From assembly GCA_903901045.1 (NCBI GenBank), contig CAIUPP010000060.1, positions 6,661-70,660 on the forward strand: DNA of 64,000 nucleotides, written 5' to 3'. The notes below the pieces were generated by a model. The model saw only the letters and a program-made list of their open reading frames with translations, was not told the DNA's origin and did no database searches. This stretch comes from an uncultured Planctomycetota bacterium. Its GTDB lineage: Bacteria; Planctomycetota; Brocadiia; CAIUPP01. This document shows, piece after piece, positions 20,430 to 29,719 of the stretch. The first letter of the stretch is position 1. Every line of letters begins with the position of its first letter. A program made the translations under genes and the position numbers.

Positions 20430-21563
20430 ATGAGACGTATAAGAGTTGGGCACATCGGCTGGCTTTCCTGGGATGAAGGTCCGGAGTGCGAAACCGTTGC
20501 ATGGTGCGACGCAAACCAGCATAAGCTGAAACAGTCCGTGGCGGAACATCCCCAAGTGGCCACTTACACCGATTACCGCGACATGTTGCGTCACGCAGGC
20601 ATGGACGCCGTCGTCATCTCCACCCCCAACGAATTTCACGCCGAGCAGGCAATAGCTTTCCTCGACGCGGGGGTGGACGTCTTTCTTGAGAAGCCGATGG
20701 GCGTCAACAAGGCGGAGTGCGATGCTATCCTCCAGGCGGCTGCGCGAAGCGGACGGACGCTGGTCATAGACTTCGAGTTGCGTATCTCCCTTTTCTGCCG
20801 GCGCGTCCGGGCGTTGATCGAAAGCGGGGCCTACGGTGAACTGCGGCGCATTGAGTTCTTCCACCACCGCGGATGCTGGCTTGAGGAAGGGAATGGATGT
20901 TGGCGCGTCCGCCCGGAAAAGAGCGGCGGATTCTACTTCATGGAACCGATTCATGAGGTAGACCTCTTCCGTCTTTTGGGAGGTGAAGTCCGCGCTGTCC
21001 AAAGCACGTCCGGTTCCAACGTGCTGCCGCAGTATCAGTTCGAAGACAATGTCTGTTCGCATTTCTTCTTCGAAGGGGGCGCGCTCGGGACGATTGTCAC
21101 ATCGCATACCCACAGTGCATGGGCAGACAAAACGAGTAAATGGGGGGATTTGGGACATGACATGGCTCTGATAGTGACGCTCACCCAGGGATCCATCGGC
21201 GTGGACTTCATCCGACAGCGCATTCTGGTCAACCGGTTTGAGACGTATCCCGCCGGCACTGAGGGTGTGCGGGTGGTATTGGACCATGTCGAGGATCACG
21301 CCGCCGCTGGCTATATGGAATTCTGCCACGATATCGATGGCATGCGCCGCGAGTTCATTCGCCGCCTGGCGGAAGGTCTCCAGCCGGTGCAGGACGCGTT
21401 AGGCGCTTGGCGTACCCATCGGGTGTGTCTGGCCGCCGAACAGTCGCTCAAGGAGGACTTCCGCCGCGTCGCGGTGGATTATACTTTGCCTGAAGGATGT
21501 GAGAGTCTGTCAGCGCCTGCACCTGCGGCGCACACGCTTCTTTTTGGGAGGAAATCGCGATGA
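20430..21563 (+). CDS. Gfo/Idh/MocA family NAD(P)-dependent oxidoreductase
   Basis: 'IRVGHIGWLS...DAVVISTPNEFHAEQAIAFLDAGVDVFLEKPMG' Rossmann block typical of the Gfo/Idh/MocA family. Confidence 0.8.
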   Translation: MRRIRVGHIGWLSWDEGPECETVAWCDANQHKLKQSVAEHPQVATYTDYRDMLRHAGMDAVVISTPNEFHAEQAIAFLDAGVDVFLEKPMGVNKAECDAILQAAARSGRTLVIDFELRISLFCRRVRALIESGAYGELRRIEFFHHRGCWLEEGNGCWRVRPEKSGGFYFMEPIHEVDLFRLLGGEVRAVQSTSGSNVLPQYQFEDNVCSHFFFEGGALGTIVTSHTHSAWADKTSKWGDLGHDMALIVTLTQGSIGVDFIRQRILVNRFETYPAGTEGVRVVLDHVEDHAAAGYMEFCHDIDGMRREFIRRLAEGLQPVQDALGAWRTHRVCLAAEQSLKEDFRRVAVDYTLPEGCESLSAPAPAAHTLLFGRKSR

Positions 21564-22906
21564 GACGAGAATGGGCGGTCTGCATGGCGCTGGCGGGCGC
21601 ATTCCTTCTGAGTGCGGCCATTCCTGCGGCCAGGGCGCAGGGCGTTTCCGAAAAGGACCTCTGGCTGGCCTTCGATTTCGAGAATAGCATTGAACCCTCA
21701 GGCGGTAGCGCTAAGGGTCAGATGACAGTAACCTTCTCTCGTGAGACTCGCGGCGTCAGCCCGGAGGGCACGGAGTGCGCCGCGAACGGGCCACGTTTCG
21801 TGAAGGGATTCCAGGGGCGCGGCCTATATATGGGAGGGGAGTCTCGCAATCTCCTCAAGCCCGAGTTGGCCGACATGGAATTCCCAGCGGGTAAGGTTGA
21901 AGGCGTTGATGTGCTTGAGGGGGCAGCCATCGAACAGGTCAAGACCGACGACGCGTGGTTCGGCGAAACATGCTTGAAGGTGCAGTCCAGCAAGAAGCTC
22001 GGCAGCGGCGTCTCGTTCCCAATCACCGTTTCCGGCGGCGGTTTCTACGTGTTCTCGCTCCATGTGCGCGGACAGGGGCAACTGGCGCTGAGGGTCGTCA
22101 AACCTGAAGGCGCCGCCTGGACCGTCGGACCGGAGAAGTCCGTTTCCTGTTCCAGCAATTGGTCGCGCCATGCGGTGTGGGTCTATGCCACCGATACGGT
22201 CTCCACCAGTGTCACTCTGGCCACCAATGCTGGCGAACGCAGCGAGTTCTTTGTGGACGGAGTCCAGTTGGAGAAGCGAGAAAAGGTAATGGGTTTCGCT
22301 TTCCCAGAAAAGAATGAGTACCCCTATGGCAAGGAATTGTCCCCGGGACCGTGGACGCCGGGGCGTCAGAAGAGCGCGGGGGATTTCTTCTGCGTTCGTT
22401 GGGACCAGAAGTTCATGTTTCCTATCGCCGAGGGCAGCTACAGCCTCTGGTTTAAACCTTGTTTTGCCCGAGGAGACTGCGAGTACCACTCAATCATCGA
22501 GCGCTACTATCAGTGGAGCAATCTGGCCTGCTGGCCCTATTGCCAACTCAATTTCTTTCGCGGGAAGAACTCTGCCGAACACGACCAGCGCAGCGACATG
22601 GGCCAGGTGGAAGTTCGGCGGCCGGAAGCGTTTGCTCAGGACCAATGGTGTTTGCTGACGGTGACGTGGAGCAACGCCGAGCGGAAGTCCGCTCTCTATT
22701 TCAACGGCGAGTTGATCGGCCAAACTCTCAGCATGTGTGACAGCACGTATGCGAATGGCTTCATGGGCATCGGTAATGACGGCACGAGTCCATCCAACAC
22801 CAATGGAGTCCTTGACAACATCCGAATATACTCCCGCGCACTGGCGGCCGATGAGATCAAGAAGGAATACGAAGCCGGCATGACACGTTTGAAAGAGGGG
22901 AAATGA
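21560..22906 (+). CDS. secreted concanavalin-A-like lectin / LamG-domain protein
   Basis: Signal peptide 'MRREWAVCMALAGAFLLSAAIPAARAQG'. The C-terminal 'GVLDNIRIYSRALAADEIKKEY' is a LamG-type motif. ATGA start/stop overlap with the upstream gene. Confidence 0.7.
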   Translation: MRREWAVCMALAGAFLLSAAIPAARAQGVSEKDLWLAFDFENSIEPSGGSAKGQMTVTFSRETRGVSPEGTECAANGPRFVKGFQGRGLYMGGESRNLLKPELADMEFPAGKVEGVDVLEGAAIEQVKTDDAWFGETCLKVQSSKKLGSGVSFPITVSGGGFYVFSLHVRGQGQLALRVVKPEGAAWTVGPEKSVSCSSNWSRHAVWVYATDTVSTSVTLATNAGERSEFFVDGVQLEKREKVMGFAFPEKNEYPYGKELSPGPWTPGRQKSAGDFFCVRWDQKFMFPIAEGSYSLWFKPCFARGDCEYHSIIERYYQWSNLACWPYCQLNFFRGKNSAEHDQRSDMGQVEVRRPEAFAQDQWCLLTVTWSNAERKSALYFNGELIGQTLSMCDSTYANGFMGIGNDGTSPSNTNGVLDNIRIYSRALAADEIKKEYEAGMTRLKEGK

Positions 22907-22909
22907 GCA

Positions 22910-25900
22910 ATGAGGAATGCGCGGGTATTCCTGACTGTGTTGTGCCTTGTGTTCATGTCGGCAGGGGTTCCGGCCGCCGAACCGATGGGGGATCCCTCAG
23001 GTTATCTTCACGTCCTGGAAAAGGGCATTGTCACTCCGCATCGCATCATTGCCCAGCAATATGCCAAGGGCGGCCTCAAGGCGCTTTGTATTGTGCCCTT
23101 TAAGCTGGGGGCGCGTGAGGTGCTGGAAGTGGCCGAGCGGTTTCCATTCGAGTTTGAAGTCGTCACTGCCGCATCTCACGACAACATTGACTTCTCCACC
23201 GTTCACCATTTCAGTGAAACCGCCCAAGGGATGGGTGGAAGCCTGAAGGAAAAGAGGGAAGAACTTAAGCTTAAGCTCAAAGCTGACTACGACCTGATTG
23301 CTATTGGCAATTTTCAGTGGGAAACCTTGCCGGACGACGTTGTAAGCCTCATTCTCCAGAAGGTGGAGAATGGCACCGGGTTGGTCGTGACATATGATCC
23401 CGTGATTCCCGCTCCGGGTGACGGGCTGATCGTGTCCGACTTTGCCAATCAGCAGGACGACTATATTCTGAAAGAAACGCCCCTCGCGCATCTGGACGCG
23501 TTTCGCACCAGGAAGGCCGAGGAGATTGCGGGGCTCGTCCGGTGTTACAAGCTTGGCAAAGGAAGGATTCTATTCCTCCGCATCGGCAAGCCCTTCGCCT
23601 ACAATGGAGGCCACGCCTTTACTCCGATGGACGAACCTTCCTGTTTTGATCGGTGGGCCAACAACTACGAGTACTACATCTCCTTCTTTCTGAAAAGCGC
23701 GCTGTTTGCCGCGCGAAAAGAACCCGACGTGTTGTTCGACAAGCCGGAGATCAATGTATCCACTGGCGCGGCGCGCCTGCCGGTCTCGATCAAGGGCGAC
23801 GCGGCATTCCCGCTGGAGTGGACGCTGGTGGTTCGGGACGCTGAAGGCCGGCAAGAATCCACGGCCTCCGGGAAGTTGGCCTCTAAAGAGGACCGCGTTA
23901 TTGAGTACAAGTTGCCGCTGCTCACAATCGGCACCCATTTCCTTGACGTCACGCTCGTTCATGGGCGGCAGGTCGTGAATTGGGCGGGGTTTGGATTTGC
24001 CGTAGCGGGCGATTCACCCATCAGGGAGCTTGCGCTTGCCCGTGAACGGTTCGCTCCAGGGGAGGTCGTGACGGGCAAGCTTGTCTTCACTCAACGGCCC
24101 GAGACGTGCGTGGTTGAATTGGTGGACAACTGGGGCAGAATTGTTGCGCGCCAGTCGGATGCCGACCTTCGGAAGAACGGGGAATCTTTCGTCCTTGAGC
24201 CGGGGAACAACCCCTCTCTGCGATACCGTGTCCGCGCCCTGGCCGTGAACCCGAATCAAAAGGCGGAGAGCACCAAGTCCTTCTTCGTTAGCGACAACGG
24301 CCGCGGACGTTTTCAATCCTTGTACTGGGGGTCTTACCCGCCATGCTACCTTGGCGCCCTAGCAGCGCGGCGGCTCTATGATGCCGGCTGGCACGTTCGT
24401 TTCGGAGGGGCCGGCTGGATGTCGAACGCTTACACTGTCACAGAACCTGCGTGCCTGTTCGAGTTTGAACAGTTCGACGCGGACGCCAAAGTGGCGGAAA
24501 TGAAGGCGTCCGTTCGCCAGAAGATGAAGGAAACCGCCGGCGCACCTGCCTTCGCCTACTTCCTGGGAGATGAAACGATCATCGGTCGCACACTCGACTC
24601 CGGCATCAACTCGCCGGCACTGGCAAAGTTTCCGGCATACGTGGAGAGCCTCTACGGAAATATCGCCTCGCTCAACCAGCGGTGGGGAACGAAATATACA
24701 ACCTTTGCCGAGGTGAAGCCGAGTTGTCTGTCCGATGCCGTGGCGGCCGGCGCTCCGGGCCGATGGGTGGTCTTCCGCAAGTTCCTGTCCGAGGAGTTCT
24801 TCAAGGTGCACCTGGCTGCGCGAGATACGATTCGCGAATCCGATCCATCGGCACCGACCGGCATTGAGGGAACCTATCAGATTGAACCCGGGCAATGGTA
24901 CAACCCGCTCTCCCTCTATCGCGATTTGGGATTGTGGGGGCCATACCCGGATTGGCTTTGCAGTATGGTGCTTAAGTCCACGCGCGATCCCAGCAAACCA
25001 TACGGCTATTGGTTCGGCGGCTATCGCGACCGCTATAGCGGCGGAACGTACTACGGCCGGACCGCAGGGGAATACGTCTATTATCCCTGGAAACACATGA
25101 TGGATGGGGCCAATAGCCTGTGGTGGTTCTCCGAAGGTGGTATAGAGGGCATGCTGGACCTGAACCTGGATTTCACGCCTTACTACAAGGCATACAAGGA
25201 CGATGTGGAACTGGTTACCTATAGTCTCGGTCCGGCACTGATGGGGGCGCGGGCGCAACTCGACTCGGTCGCCGTGATCTACTCTCCGAGTTCAGTTATC
25301 GCCGCAGCCGCCGTGCTCCGGAACCAGGACGTTTACCAAACTCTCGGAGTGGATCTGGTCCATACGATGCAAGGGTGCGGCATTCAGCCGGCCATCGTGG
25401 ATGAGCAGGATGCTGCCACAGGCAAGGCCGACCTGCGCCAGTACAAAGTCATTGTCCTGCCTTACAACACGGCCATGTCCGACGCGCTCATCGGCAAACT
25501 GTCCGAAGCGGTTGAGAACGGCGGCACGCTGGTCGGAAGCATGGACGTCGGCTTCATGAACGAAAACGGAGACTATCGTACTCAGAGCCACCTCAACGAG
25601 ATTTTCGGCGTTACGCGTGACATCAATCCGGCTTGCCCTTCCAAGAAGACGCCTCTCAAGTGGCAAGGGGACCTCTGGGGTACGAACGTCCAATTGAACA
25701 TCCCGGAAGCAGTCGTCGGGGAGAGCATCAAGCTGACCACCGGCAAAGCGGTGATCGCCACCGGGCCGGTCTTCATCGCGAACCGCATCGGCAAGGGTGA
25801 GGCCATTCTCCTAAATTGCGTGCTGGGCGTGGGAGACCCGCGAAAACCCGACTCAACCGCTGCTGTCACGGTTTGGAAGGCTTTGTTCCGCCACGCCGGC

Positions 25901-26485
25901 GTTCAACCGCCGGTGAGCTTCGCCAAGGAGCCTGGAGACCGATCTTTGATTGAATTGTCCACATTCCAGAGCGGCGACGTGCTTATCGTAGGCCTTCAGA
26001 AGAACAAGCATTGGGACTTGGACAAGGAGTGCAGACTGAAGGTGGCCCTGGGACAGGCGTACACTGTGCGGAATCTGCTGACCGGCGAGAACCTTGGAGA
26101 GCGCGATCACTTGGATCCGACACTCCGTGGTCTTCGTGGTGCCTTTTTTGCGATGTTTCCGAAGCCGGAACTGGATCCCGAGATAAGCCTGGAACCCGTG
26201 AGCGTGAAACCGGGCCAGACGCTGCATGTGATGATTAGGAGTCAGCAGCAAAACGCCTTTCCTGACAGATACTCCGTACGCGTCTATCGCGTGGGCGACG
26301 CAGCCACGGCCGACTCCAACCATGGTGTGTGCAGTTTCTGGACATCTGCGGCGGTCAAGACTGGTCCCGAATGCAGCATGGCGGTGCCGGTGGCCTATAA
26401 CGACGCCCCTGGCCAGTACCGCCTCGTTCTTCGGCGGGACATGACCGGAGTGGAAAAAGAGTTCACGTTTGTGATCGCGCCGTGA
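22910..26485 (+). CDS. large secreted hypothetical protein (1191 aa) with a GH42-type trimerisation / class-I glutamine-amidotransferase-like domain; putative glycosidase
   Basis: Signal peptide 'MRNARVFLTVLCLVFMSAGVPAAEP'. 'QYKVIVLPYNTAMSDALIGKLSEAVENGGTLVG' resembles the beta-galactosidase trimerisation domain. Confidence 0.65.
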   Translation: MRNARVFLTVLCLVFMSAGVPAAEPMGDPSGYLHVLEKGIVTPHRIIAQQYAKGGLKALCIVPFKLGAREVLEVAERFPFEFEVVTAASHDNIDFSTVHHFSETAQGMGGSLKEKREELKLKLKADYDLIAIGNFQWETLPDDVVSLILQKVENGTGLVVTYDPVIPAPGDGLIVSDFANQQDDYILKETPLAHLDAFRTRKAEEIAGLVRCYKLGKGRILFLRIGKPFAYNGGHAFTPMDEPSCFDRWANNYEYYISFFLKSALFAARKEPDVLFDKPEINVSTGAARLPVSIKGDAAFPLEWTLVVRDAEGRQESTASGKLASKEDRVIEYKLPLLTIGTHFLDVTLVHGRQVVNWAGFGFAVAGDSPIRELALARERFAPGEVVTGKLVFTQRPETCVVELVDNWGRIVARQSDADLRKNGESFVLEPGNNPSLRYRVRALAVNPNQKAESTKSFFVSDNGRGRFQSLYWGSYPPCYLGALAARRLYDAGWHVRFGGAGWMSNAYTVTEPACLFEFEQFDADAKVAEMKASVRQKMKETAGAPAFAYFLGDETIIGRTLDSGINSPALAKFPAYVESLYGNIASLNQRWGTKYTTFAEVKPSCLSDAVAAGAPGRWVVFRKFLSEEFFKVHLAARDTIRESDPSAPTGIEGTYQIEPGQWYNPLSLYRDLGLWGPYPDWLCSMVLKSTRDPSKPYGYWFGGYRDRYSGGTYYGRTAGEYVYYPWKHMMDGANSLWWFSEGGIEGMLDLNLDFTPYYKAYKDDVELVTYSLGPALMGARAQLDSVAVIYSPSSVIAAAAVLRNQDVYQTLGVDLVHTMQGCGIQPAIVDEQDAATGKADLRQYKVIVLPYNTAMSDALIGKLSEAVENGGTLVGSMDVGFMNENGDYRTQSHLNEIFGVTRDINPACPSKKTPLKWQGDLWGTNVQLNIPEAVVGESIKLTTGKAVIATGPVFIANRIGKGEAILLNCVLGVGDPRKPDSTAAVTVWKALFRHAGVQPPVSFAKEPGDRSLIELSTFQSGDVLIVGLQKNKHWDLDKECRLKVALGQAYTVRNLLTGENLGERDHLDPTLRGLRGAFFAMFPKPELDPEISLEPVSVKPGQTLHVMIRSQQQNAFPDRYSVRVYRVGDAATADSNHGVCSFWTSAAVKTGPECSMAVPVAYNDAPGQYRLVLRRDMTGVEKEFTFVIAP

Positions 26486-27648
26486 GAGATGGTTCTGTGG
26501 GGAGCCCGTCCGTGCCCTTGACGCCAAAACAGCGCATGCTCAATGCCTACCGCGGCCTTCCTGTGGACGTTCGCCCGGTGGCCCCGGAGTTCTGGTACTA
26601 TTATCCAGCCAAAGTGCTTAGGGTGGATATGATTCAACTCCAACGCGAAGTTCCGTTCTGGTTCGCGTTGAAAACCACCTTCGAGAAATTCGGTTGTGAG
26701 GGATGGGGTACGGTGTGGTGCGGTCGTGAACAACCCAAACCGGCTTCGGAAACACACGAGTTCATTCAGGTCGCAGCGGATTCCTATGAACTGCGCTCGT
26801 GTGAGAGTTTCGCGGGCAGGACTTTCCGTTCCACGAGCCGCTATAGCAAGGCGGAGCCATCTTGGCAGGTCGAGTACCCCGTGAAGGACCCTTTTACGGA
26901 ACTCGACTGCTATTTCGACATGCGGGTTCAGCATGGTTGCACTCTGACTCAGGCAAAGGCCCTTGAGGCTCGCAACGCCGTTGGCGAGGCATTCCTTCTT
27001 GAATGCGTCCTGCCCGGTCAGTTCACGGACTTCCTGGCCTCAGCCATGGGGTTCGAAATGGCAGTCCAATACCTCATGACCGAGGAATCGGCTAAGTTGG
27101 AGAGTTACCAGAAACGCTACCGTGATTACGTATCGGAGACGACCGGTCTCTTGGCGGCCACGTTGCCGTTTGAGTCGTATTTCATGGGCTGCTCCTACTC
27201 CTGCGCGTCGCTTATGGGGCCACGATTGTGGCGGCAATGGGACGTGCCTATTGTGGCCGCCGCTGCGAGCGCGATCCACCGACACGGGAAATTAATGCAC
27301 CTGCACTATCACGGCAAGTCGTTGGAGAATGCTGCTGATCTCGCCAGCACAGGGGTGGATTGCGTTTGCCCATTCGAGCGTCCGCCCGGTGGCGATGTGG
27401 ACGGGCTGGAAGGCTTGCAGAGAACCCGGGCTCTGATTGGGGAAAAGCTCACATTCAACGGGAATGTGCATACGGTGGCGACGCTCATTCGTGGCACGCG
27501 CAATGATGTTCGGCGTGAAGTCGGTCAGATAAAGTCCGCCTTTGCCGATTCCCACCGGCTCATCATCGGTACGGGTGACCAAGTCGGACGCGAGACGCCT
27601 GAGGAGAATCTTCACGTGATGGTTGAGGCGGGCCATGAAGCTTCGTGA
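26482..27648 (+). CDS. URO-D/MtaA-like family protein
   Basis: 'LTPKQRMLNAYRGLPVDVRPVAP' N-terminus plus 'LMHLHYHGKSLENAADLASTGVDCVCPFERPP'. GTGA overlap with the upstream gene. Confidence 0.7.
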   Translation: MRDGSVGSPSVPLTPKQRMLNAYRGLPVDVRPVAPEFWYYYPAKVLRVDMIQLQREVPFWFALKTTFEKFGCEGWGTVWCGREQPKPASETHEFIQVAADSYELRSCESFAGRTFRSTSRYSKAEPSWQVEYPVKDPFTELDCYFDMRVQHGCTLTQAKALEARNAVGEAFLLECVLPGQFTDFLASAMGFEMAVQYLMTEESAKLESYQKRYRDYVSETTGLLAATLPFESYFMGCSYSCASLMGPRLWRQWDVPIVAAAASAIHRHGKLMHLHYHGKSLENAADLASTGVDCVCPFERPPGGDVDGLEGLQRTRALIGEKLTFNGNVHTVATLIRGTRNDVRREVGQIKSAFADSHRLIIGTGDQVGRETPEENLHVMVEAGHEAS

Positions 27649-27711
27649 GGGTCTGCTCCGGGCAGTTCGGCCCAATGACGGAGCGAGAGGACGCGCCAAA
27701 GGAGGCAAGAT

Positions 27712-28587
27712 ATGAAACTTGGTGTCAGTTCGTACAGTTTCAGCGGTGCGGTGCGCGCTGGAACGATGAAATTCATTGACGTCCCCGCAAAAGCCAGGGA
27801 GATGGGCTTTGACGTGGTGGAGTTCTCAACGTTGCGGCCGCCCGATGGGGAAACGTCGCTGAACTTCGCTCCGAAACTGCGCGAGGCAGCGGACAGGGCG
27901 GGGATCACGGTGGCGAACTACACTATCGGGGCCGACTTCATCAACGGCTCGGGTGGCGACTGGGCCAAAGAGGCAGAGCGGTTGAAGGATGAACTGCGCG
28001 TGGCCAAAATTCTCGGTGCGCCCAGCATGCGCCACGACGCCACGTCCGGATACTCCGCCGGCGATAAGGGAGCCAAAGGTTTCGATAATGCCCTGCCCAT
28101 TCTCATCAATGGCTGCCGCGCTGTCACTGAGTTCGCTGCCGATATGGGGATTCGGACGATGGTGGAGAACCACGGTTTCTTCTGCCAGGACAGTGAACGC
28201 GTAGAGAAGCTCATGAACGGCGTGAACCATCCCAACTTCGGCTGGCTGGTCGACATGGGCAACTTCTTGTGTGCCGACGAGAATCCAGCCCTCGCGGTCG
28301 GCCGCGCCATGCCCTATGCCTTCCATGTCCACGTCAAGGACTTCCACGTGAAGTCCGGTTGCCTTCCTGACCCCGGTCAGGGCTGGTTCCAATCGCGCGG
28401 GGGCAATTACCTGCGTGGTGCGATCATCGGCCATGGAGACGTGCCCATCATCCAGTGCCTCAAGGTCATGAAAAAGATCGGCTATGGTGGCGTGCTATCC
28501 ATCGAATTCGAGGGGATCGAAGAGACGCTGAAGGGGATACAGATCGGATTGGAGAACCTGCGGCGCTTCATTGCGACGGTCAACTAG
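27712..28587 (+). CDS. sugar phosphate isomerase/epimerase (xylose-isomerase-like TIM barrel)
   Basis: 'GFDVVEF', 'MVENHGFFCQDSERVEKLMNGVNHPNFGWLVDMGNF' and 'HVHVKDF' are hallmark AP-endonuclease-2/xylose-isomerase-like TIM-barrel motifs. Confidence 0.8.
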   Translation: MKLGVSSYSFSGAVRAGTMKFIDVPAKAREMGFDVVEFSTLRPPDGETSLNFAPKLREAADRAGITVANYTIGADFINGSGGDWAKEAERLKDELRVAKILGAPSMRHDATSGYSAGDKGAKGFDNALPILINGCRAVTEFAADMGIRTMVENHGFFCQDSERVEKLMNGVNHPNFGWLVDMGNFLCADENPALAVGRAMPYAFHVHVKDFHVKSGCLPDPGQGWFQSRGGNYLRGAIIGHGDVPIIQCLKVMKKIGYGGVLSIEFEGIEETLKGIQIGLENLRRFIATVN

Positions 28588-28744
28588 GTATGCAGCACGG
28601 TCGTTCGGCGTGGCGGCAACGTTCGTGAACATATGATCGGTGAAGCAGCGAAGGTACGCTAATAGGAGCGCGTGGGAAACATCGTTCCCATCGGGCCGGG
28701 CTTTCCGCACTTTGTCGGTGAAGTTTACCGAGGCAACACGCCCC

Positions 28745-29719
28745 ATGAGCAGCCGAGCGCAGACGATTACTTTCCGGACGCAGGAGTATGTCTCGAAACA
28801 ACATGGCGATGACCGCATTGACATGTATGTAACGGAGCCTGCCGGCGGCGTGAGACAAACGACCGGCTTCATGCTGCTGATCCATGGATGGGGAAACGAT
28901 GGGCGCGAGGACTATGCCGCGGAAAGTGAATGGTACGCCGATCGTTACGACCTCGTCGTGACGCGCGTGGAATACAGGCACTCTGGTCGCGAGGCGCACC
29001 ACCCGGCGGAAGGTCAGTCGTGGGACGTGCCATACGACTGGTCGAAACTGCAAACGATAGACTGCCTGCGGGCGGCCTGGAATACCCTGCTGCGCTATCC
29101 GGGATTGGACCGTTCGCGATTGTACCTCTGGGGCGGGTCGCAGGGGGGGCAGTTGGGGGCGCAGTGCATGATATTCGCGCCGCATCTTTGGGCGGCCACG
29201 GTGCTTGTCAGCGGGCTGTATATCCCCATGCCCCATACGGAGGCAGAACGGCTCGGATTCGCCATGGATGGCCGGGAAACAGGCCAACCGACAATGCATT
29301 GGGCCTGCGGCGATGGTCCCGAGATCACCGGGGCGGAACTCGACATACGCAATCCGTATCGGAACGCCCACCTTTTGCCGAAAGCGGTTCCTGTAACTCT
29401 TATCCACGGGACGATGGACTTGACCGTGGACATCAAGCACTCTATCTTCTTCTATGCCCGCCTGAAGGGGATGGGACGGAATGTGAGCTTCTTTGCCGTT
29501 CACGGCGGCGGCCATAGTCTCAGTGGCGCGGAATTTGAGGATGAGAACAACCGGTTCAAGGCGACAGTCAAATATGCCGACGTACTCTTGCGTGACGCGC
29601 GCCGTACACGGGTGGAGGTTCTGCCAGCCAAGCCGGTGCGCATCCCCGTTACGCGTGGGATTTATGAAGTGGCGTTCACTCAGGACGGGCCGACGCTGTC
29701 ATCCTTACTGCCCAATTGA
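28745..29719 (+). CDS. alpha/beta hydrolase, putative carbohydrate (acetyl) esterase
   Basis: 'LWGGSQGGQLG' nucleophile elbow (GxSxG) in an alpha/beta-hydrolase context. ATG at 28745 preferred over the upstream GTG at 28640. Confidence 0.65.
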   Translation: MSSRAQTITFRTQEYVSKQHGDDRIDMYVTEPAGGVRQTTGFMLLIHGWGNDGREDYAAESEWYADRYDLVVTRVEYRHSGREAHHPAEGQSWDVPYDWSKLQTIDCLRAAWNTLLRYPGLDRSRLYLWGGSQGGQLGAQCMIFAPHLWAATVLVSGLYIPMPHTEAERLGFAMDGRETGQPTMHWACGDGPEITGAELDIRNPYRNAHLLPKAVPVTLIHGTMDLTVDIKHSIFFYARLKGMGRNVSFFAVHGGGHSLSGAEFEDENNRFKATVKYADVLLRDARRTRVEVLPAKPVRIPVTRGIYEVAFTQDGPTLSSLLPN

